DNA of 64,000 nucleotides from Candidatus Moraniibacteriota bacterium. Its GTDB lineage: Bacteria > Patescibacteriota > Minisyncoccia > Moranbacterales > GWC2-37-73. The DNA lies in assembly GCA_035325685.1 (NCBI GenBank), contig DAOKZJ010000001.1, positions 160 to 64,159 on the forward strand. The letters run 5' to 3'. The position numbers were made by a program, and so were the translations under genes. The notes under the pieces were generated by a model. That model saw only the letters and a program-made list of their open reading frames with translations, did not search any database and was not told where the DNA came from. Positions 58,509-64,000 of this stretch are shown in pieces; the stretch's first letter is position 1, and each line of letters opens with the position of its first letter.

Positions 58509-59600
58509 TCAGATGAATGACTTGGACCGCTGATCTTCTACCAATACCTCGCTTAGGGTGTCCAAATCTTCCAAAACAATACCCGCCCCCCTCACTACTG
58601 CCGTAAGGGGATCTTCCATAGTACGCACTGGCATTTCCGTCTGATTCGCAATCAAAGTGTCAAAACCTCGAATAAGTCCGCCGCCTCCGGCCAGCACTAT
58701 TCCACGCTGCATGATATCTGCCAAAAGTTCAGGGGGCGTTTCCTCGATAACCGTCTTTATATTATTTACGATTATCCTGACTGATCTGGAAATGGCTTCG
58801 CGCACCTGCTCGTCTGTTATAGTGACTTCCTTGGGCAAACCGCTGACCAGATCGCGTCCCCGTATGGGCATAGTCAATTGTTCCTTCAAAGGATGGGCGC
58901 TCCCAATTGCTATTTTAACATCCTCGGCCGTCTTTTCTCCGACAAGAAGATTGAATTCGTCACGACAATACCTGACGATATCTTCGTTCATCTCATCCCC
59001 CGCCACGCGCAAACTCCGTGCGCTCACTATTCCTCCGAGTGAAATAACGGCTATCTCGCTGGTCCCTCCTCCTATGTCCACTATCATATTGCCGCGCGCT
59101 TCAGTAACCGGAAGCCTTGCTCCGATTGCTGCCGCCATCGGCTCCTCGATCAAAAAAGCTTCGCGCGCACCCGCATTGAGCGCCGCATCCGTAACCGCTT
59201 TTTTCTCCACCTCGGTTATCCCCGAAGGAATTCCGATAAGCACCCGCGGGCGCGGCATAAACGAAAAAGATTCGCTATGCACCTTTTCAATAAAGAAACG
59301 GAGCATCTGCTCAGTCACCTCAAAATCACTGACCACACCGTCAACTAAAGGACGGGTTGCCACTATATGGCCGGGGGTCTTGCCCACCATGCGCTTGGCG
59401 TCTTTGCCGATCGCCAACACCTGCCCGGTCCGTTTATTCACGGCAACCACGGACGGCTCGTTGATCATAATACCCTTGCCTTGCACATACACAAGCGTAT
59501 TGGCCGTACCCAAATCTATCCCGATATCTCTGGAAAGATTACCGAAAGCATTGCCCGTGAGCTTGCCGATTAAGCTTTTTAGCACCGCATATTTAGCCAT
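58509..59600 (-). CDS. mreB: Rod shape-determining protein MreB
   Basis: Actin-like ATPase (IGIDLGTANTLVYV, DIGGGTSEIAVISLGGIV). Start at MAKYAVLK. Confidence 0.95.
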   Translation of the reverse strand: MAKYAVLKSLIGKLTGNAFGNLSRDIGIDLGTANTLVYVQGKGIMINEPSVVAVNKRTGQVLAIGKDAKRMVGKTPGHIVATRPLVDGVVSDFEVTEQMLRFFIEKVHSESFSFMPRPRVLIGIPSGITEVEKKAVTDAALNAGAREAFLIEEPMAAAIGARLPVTEARGNMIVDIGGGTSEIAVISLGGIVSARSLRVAGDEMNEDIVRYCRDEFNLLVGEKTAEDVKIAIGSAHPLKEQLTMPIRGRDLVSGLPKEVTITDEQVREAISRSVRIIVNNIKTVIEETPPELLADIMQRGIVLAGGGGLIRGFDTLIANQTEMPVRTMEDPLTAVVRGAGIVLEDLDTLSEVLVEDQRSKSFI

Positions 59601-59718
59601 AAACAGCTGGGAAAAGATTAAGCCTGGCGCCACTTAGGACTCCACGCCATACTGTCGTCAATAATACCGGACTGCGTCAGCACTGTCAAAATAACCCGCT
59701 CCTTTCCAAGTAACATTT

Positions 59719-60744
59719 TTATAAACCATATTTTCCCTTATTGGCAACATGCTCCTCAAATGTCCTTGAGAAAATGGTTTCTCCCGTCTCAGTGTCGCTC
59801 AAAAAGAAAAAATATTCGCTTTTTTGAGGATAAATAGCTGCAGCAATAGCTGAAATTCCCGGATTATTGATGGGTCCTGGAGGAAGGCCGAAGGCGCGAT
59901 AAGTGTTGTACGGAGAATCCGCTCCGGTTTCCGCCACGGAATGCTGCTTTTTGCGCTCTCCGCCCAAGGCATAGGCCAGCGTAGCGTCGCTTTCCAGCCT
60001 CATTCCCACCTGCAAGCGCTTCCAAAATATACCACTTACGATATATCTGTCCTCTTCGCGCGGCACTTCTCCTTCTATTACGCTGGCCATAACCAGAACG
60101 TCAAAAAACTTTTTTTCCTGCGCAGATATTTCCGCGATCATATCAGGACTCACCTTGCGTTCAAAATTGGCAAGCATTCTGGCTATCACCTCTTCGGCAG
60201 GACTTCCGTAAAGAAAAAGATACGTGTCCGGAAAAAGAAAACCTTCCAAGGAAGAACCTTCGGGAAGATTTTCCTTTACGAGCGGATAGTTGGCCAAAAG
60301 AGCAGCTGGGGGATTTTTTGCAATGCGTAAAAATTCTTCCCCTTCGAATCCGTTTTCCTCCAGACGTTTGGCCATATCCGCCATCGTCCAGCCTTCCGGA
60401 AAAGTAATTCTCACCTGCCTCTTGTCCCCACCCTCTTCTGTAAGCAAGAAAGCGACTTCGGGAATGGTAAGCAAAGGAGGAATATCATATTCTCCCGCCT
60501 TAAGTTCATGGAGTTTATTTTCTTTCCAAAGATAAGCTCCGAAATAAATCCAGTGAGAAATAAGCCCTTCAGCCTGAAGCGCCTTGCCGACCTCTAGTGC
60601 ATTTTTCCCGCGCTCCAAAACAAAATGAGTCTTTTCTGTCGCGTTTCCTTGCGAAAAAAGCATGCGGTTACGAACATAAAAATATCCCGTCCCCAAAAAA
60701 AGCACTGCGACCAGTGCGATGCTCACATTTCTACGCAATGTCAT
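59719..60744 (-). CDS. mltG: Endolytic murein transglycosylase MltG (YceG family)
   Basis: N-terminal TM helix and a YceG-like domain (SGIFWKRLQVGMRLESDATLAYALG...YNTYRAFGLPPGPINNPG). Confidence 0.9.
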   Translation of the reverse strand: MTLRRNVSIALVAVLFLGTGYFYVRNRMLFSQGNATEKTHFVLERGKNALEVGKALQAEGLISHWIYFGAYLWKENKLHELKAGEYDIPPLLTIPEVAFLLTEEGGDKRQVRITFPEGWTMADMAKRLEENGFEGEEFLRIAKNPPAALLANYPLVKENLPEGSSLEGFLFPDTYLFLYGSPAEEVIARMLANFERKVSPDMIAEISAQEKKFFDVLVMASVIEGEVPREEDRYIVSGIFWKRLQVGMRLESDATLAYALGGERKKQHSVAETGADSPYNTYRAFGLPPGPINNPGISAIAAAIYPQKSEYFFFLSDTETGETIFSRTFEEHVANKGKYGL

Positions 60745-60821
60745 AAAATGTTTTTCTTTTTTCAGAAATTAAGCTTTTATTTCCCGACTCCCTTTTAAAA
60801 TGCCCTTAGGAGTACGGCCGC

Positions 60822-61442
60822 CTATCTTCGCTCCAGAAGCGGCACAAAGGAAAATCCTCCGAACTTCTCTTGCGCAAAAGAACCGTCTTCCTTTTTTTCC
60901 AAATAACAAATGTTGTTACGGATGGGAATTACCATTTTCCCCCCAATTTTAAGCTGCTCCTTGAGGGCCTGGGGGACTTTTTCTGCGGCGGCGGAAACCA
61001 AAATGCGATCATAAGGCGCATAAGGAGCATATCCCTTGCTGCCATCCAGGCAATGAAATGAGGCTACCCCGGCGGAAACAAAGCCGAATTTTTCCACATT
61101 GTGCTCTCCGCGCTGACATAATTGCGCTATTAATTCCAGCGAGGTGACCTGTCCGGTTTGTCCAACTATGTGCGCAAGTAATGCCGTGGTCCAACCACTG
61201 CCGCTACCCACATCCAAAACCTTGTTGCCTTTGCGGGGATCAAGCAATTCCATCATGAAAGCCACCGTGAGCGGTTGCGAGATGGTCTGGCCATGACCTA
61301 TAGGTAGCGGGATATCCATCTCTGCCGCGCCTATCAGATCATCGGGCACAAATTCTACTCGACTTATTTGCGCAAAAGCGTCTATTATCGGATCGCTTCT
61401 CAAATATCCCGTCCGGATAAGCTCATTGATTAGCCTGCTCAT
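60822..61442 (-). CDS. pcm: Protein-L-isoaspartate O-methyltransferase
   Basis: GHGQTISQP, VLDVGSGSGWTTALLA, and SAM-MTase motifs. Confidence 0.9.
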   Translation of the reverse strand: MSRLINELIRTGYLRSDPIIDAFAQISRVEFVPDDLIGAAEMDIPLPIGHGQTISQPLTVAFMMELLDPRKGNKVLDVGSGSGWTTALLAHIVGQTGQVTSLELIAQLCQRGEHNVEKFGFVSAGVASFHCLDGSKGYAPYAPYDRILVSAAAEKVPQALKEQLKIGGKMVIPIRNNICYLEKKEDGSFAQEKFGGFSFVPLLERR

Positions 61443-61454
61443 ATACCGCCTCCT

Positions 61455-61901
61455 TTAAGCCCCAATCACGCTGACCACTATGTCACGCGTCCTGGCTCCG
61501 TCAAATTCCACCGCAAAGATACTTTGCCTTTCGGTAAGCATAAGCATTCCGCTCGTCAAAGGGATTGTCTCGCTTGCGCCCAAAAGGAGCGATTTGCAAT
61601 GCGAATGGCCATTGCTGCGCGCATCCGATTTGCTGTCTCTCCTTAATTCAAAAAGGTCGTGAGAATAGCGATCATCCATGGGGACCAATTTATACAGCAC
61701 CCGCATAAAATCCTGGATGAGCATTGGCTCATTGTGATTGATGGAAACTGCCATGGTGGTATGCGGAGCGTAAACAGTAACTTGTCCTTCCCGGATTCCA
61801 CTTTTTTCCACTGCTTCCTGCACCCTGGCCGTAATATCCAAAAATTCGATCTGGGTAGTGCTTTTCACTTCGATCTTTTGGGTGTGTATTTTTATGTTCA
61901 T
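61455..61901 (-). CDS. YjbQ/UPF0047 family protein (secondary thiamine-phosphate synthase-like)
   Basis: ITARVQEAVEKSGIREGQVTVYAPHTTMAVSINHNE...RSNGHSHCKSLLLGASETIPLTSGMLMLTERQSIFAVEFDG. Confidence 0.85.
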   Translation of the reverse strand: MNIKIHTQKIEVKSTTQIEFLDITARVQEAVEKSGIREGQVTVYAPHTTMAVSINHNEPMLIQDFMRVLYKLVPMDDRYSHDLFELRRDSKSDARSNGHSHCKSLLLGASETIPLTSGMLMLTERQSIFAVEFDGARTRDIVVSVIGA

Positions 61902-61993
61902 CTCAATTCCCCACGGATATACAATTTTTACAAAACCGCAAAAAGAGTTTGTCACTTTTGCAGTTTTGCATTCTTTGTAGTTTCGCAGGCTTA

Positions 61994-63124
61994 TTATTTT
62001 TTAAAAACTGCCGAAACCGCTTTCACGGCGCGCTTGTCCAGAGCGTCCGGTATTATTTTACCACGGCTGGGTCTTTTCACTAAAGCCGCCAAGGCAATCG
62101 CCGCCTTCAATTTGTGAGTATCCGTTATCTTGGCCGTACGACTATCCAAAGCTCCCCGAAATATCCCCGGAAAAGCCAATACGTTATTAAGCTGATTAGG
62201 ATAGTCGCTTCGTCCCGTAGCCACCACCGCTGCTCCGCCAGCAAGAGCTTCCTCCGGCATTATTTCCGGAACCGGATTGGAGAGGGCGAAGACGACAGCT
62301 CCTTTCGCCATCAGGCGTACCTCTTTTTCCCCGATAAGTTTCGGAGCGCTTACCCCAACAAACACATCCGCTCCTCGAAGCGCATCCGCCAAGGTCCCCT
62401 TGATATTGTCCGGATTGGTTATTGCCGCAATTTCCACTTTGTGATCACTTAACCCCTCCGCACGTTCGCGGTAAATAACTCCTTTGCTGTCCACCATTAC
62501 AATATTCTTCGCTCCGTAATTCATCAGGAGGTTCATGATTGCCACACCAGCCGCGCCGGCTCCAGAAATGACTATGCGGATTTTTCCCATTTCTTTACCC
62601 ACCACCCGGAGCGCATTGATAAGGCCGGCCAAAACGACGATCGCCGTACCGTGCTGGTCGTCATGCATAACCGGAATATCCAATTCCTCTTTGAGTCTTT
62701 TTTCTATTTCAAAACACCTGGGCGCGCTTATGTCTTCCAGATTAATCCCGCCGAAAGTGGGCGCCACGGATCGCACTATTTTGATTATCTCTTCCGTATC
62801 TTGCGTGCGCAAAACAAGAGGAAAAGCGTCCACCCCTCCCAGTTCCTTGAAAAGCAAAGCCTTCCCTTCCATGACCGGCAACGCTCCTTCCGGACCGATG
62901 TTGCCCAACCCCAAAACTGCGCTGCCATCGGAAACGACCGCTACGCTGTTACGCCGGATGGTGTATTCAAAAGACAATTCCCTTTTTTTAGCCACAGCCA
63001 AAGAAACTTCCGCCACACCGGGAGTATACAAAACCTTGAGCGTCTCAGCCGTTAATTTTTTCTTGGATCTCGTTTCTATCTTGCCGCCAAGCTTTTTGGA
63101 CAATTCTATAGCATTCATATTCAT
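61994..63124 (-). CDS. NAD(P)-dependent malic enzyme (short form)
   Basis: LYTPGVAEVSLAV..., FNDDQHGTA-like (VMHDDQHGTAIV), and a GAGAAGVAI Rossmann motif. Confidence 0.9.
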   Translation of the reverse strand: MNMNAIELSKKLGGKIETRSKKKLTAETLKVLYTPGVAEVSLAVAKKRELSFEYTIRRNSVAVVSDGSAVLGLGNIGPEGALPVMEGKALLFKELGGVDAFPLVLRTQDTEEIIKIVRSVAPTFGGINLEDISAPRCFEIEKRLKEELDIPVMHDDQHGTAIVVLAGLINALRVVGKEMGKIRIVISGAGAAGVAIMNLLMNYGAKNIVMVDSKGVIYRERAEGLSDHKVEIAAITNPDNIKGTLADALRGADVFVGVSAPKLIGEKEVRLMAKGAVVFALSNPVPEIMPEEALAGGAAVVATGRSDYPNQLNNVLAFPGIFRGALDSRTAKITDTHKLKAAIALAALVKRPSRGKIIPDALDKRAVKAVSAVFKK

Positions 63125-63220
63125 TTACCGATGTTTGCGCTTTTGCAATTTGCCACCTGAAAGCAACCGCGCAAGCATCTCCCTGAAACCTTAGTCTATT
63201 CCCAGCTCATACGCCCCTGG

Positions 63221-64000
63221 TCACTTTTTGTTAATTTTAAGCTTCTTGTAAATACTTCCGGCTGCTACCGCACCTTCGGCTACCGCCGTTATGATTTGAC
63301 GGAATTTATTGGAACCCGTAGTTACGTCTCCGGCAGCCCACACCCCCGGCACGCTTGTTTCCTGTGTCTGATCTACGATTATGTATCCCTGCTCATCAGT
63401 TTCCACCCCCAACTCCTTGGCGATAGCCACTCCGGGAACAGTGCCCACCTCTATGAATACCCCTTGGACCGGAAGTTCTTTCTCTTGGGAATTTTCTTCA
63501 TACGTTATGGATGAAACGGCACCCTCCCCTTTAATCTCCTTTATATCCGTACAGCAAAGCATCTTGAGCTTGCTTTGCCCATTGGCTTCATCCACCCACG
63601 AAGGCTCGCAAGTTAGCTTTTCCCGGTAAAGCAAATACACCTTATTGGCGAACTCTCCCAGATGGATAGCGGCCGTAATCGCACTGTCTCCTCCGCCAAT
63701 AACAGCCACATCCTTGCCGCGAAAAAACATTGCGTCGCAAGTGGCGCAATAACTCACCCCTTTGCCCAAAAAAGCATCTTCTCCCTTGACATTCATCTTG
63801 CGGGGCTTCATTCCTAAGGCGAAAATAAGCGCCTTAGCCTCATGCACGGCACCGTCGGCATGCACCGCAAAACCTTCTTTTGTGCGCTCAACTTTGCGCA
63901 CACTTTCCTGCACAATCTTGCCTCCCAAATCCTCGGTCTGCTTGCGGAATTTGTCCATCAATTCCTTGCCGGAGATGGAATCGAAACCGGCGTAATTTTC
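63221..64000 (-). CDS. trxB: Thioredoxin-disulfide reductase, partial (N-terminus lies beyond the window end)
   Basis: CATCD redox motif (VSYCATCDAMFFRGK), the NADPH-binding GGGDSA motif, and a C-terminal FAD segment (GVWAAGDV). The reading frame continues through 64000. Confidence 0.9.
   Translation of the reverse strand, partial: ENYAGFDSISGKELMDKFRKQTEDLGGKIVQESVRKVERTKEGFAVHADGAVHEAKALIFALGMKPRKMNVKGEDAFLGKGVSYCATCDAMFFRGKDVAVIGGGDSAITAAIHLGEFANKVYLLYREKLTCEPSWVDEANGQSKLKMLCCTDIKEIKGEGAVSSITYEENSQEKELPVQGVFIEVGTVPGVAIAKELGVETDEQGYIIVDQTQETSVPGVWAAGDVTTGSNKFRQIITAVAEGAVAAGSIYKKLKINKK

Overview
This 64 kb window is mostly housekeeping genes on the minus strand. The gene set is small and compact and AlaS is short (about 618 aa, no C-terminal domain); this may indicate a reduced-genome bacterium, possibly a Patescibacteria/CPR-like lineage, but it cannot be proven from sequence alone.

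Main blocks, in order:
- A heat-shock locus: dnaJ, then a 3.8 kb insert, then dnaK, hsp20, grpE and hrcA. Two CIRCE operators (the HrcA-binding heat-shock operator) sit upstream of dnaJ and hrcA.
- yidD and corA, then cysS, dnaB and recR on the plus strand.
- rplU, alaS, mnmA, pheT and pheS.
- secD, secF, a NUDIX hydrolase gene and secA.
- khpA, trmD, ftsW, murG, murC, a P-type ATPase gene, murB and hpf.
- RNase P RNA, which I found by its conserved P4 strands; it is not in the ORF track.
- pbp2, mreD, mreC, mreB and mltG.
- pcm, yjbQ, a malic enzyme gene and the 3' part of trxB, which runs off the window edge.

The genes named above are confident calls. The accessory content is weaker and rests on ribosome-binding sites (SD), hairpins and motif recall:
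- A 3.8 kb insert splitting dnaK from dnaJ, made of small plus-strand ORFs with strong SDs and a repeat-bounded single-gene unit.
- An operon-like trio at 23.2–27.7 kb: a sigma-70 region 4 + HARE-HTH protein, a membrane-anchored protein, and a VirD4/TraD-like ATPase with a zinc-ribbon tail. This is my best candidate for an undescribed system.
- Three small cysteine-containing ORFs between hrcA and yidD.
- Two paralogous secreted proteins whose last ~95 nt are identical and encode a dockerin-like end.
- A 100 bp tandem duplication of the secA 3' end.
- A SecD that carries an inserted parvulin-type PPIase domain.
- A membrane-anchored protein built from 11-residue tandem repeats at the window start.

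No tRNA, rRNA or CRISPR array was seen. All calls are by eye from motifs and the ORF track; no database search was run.
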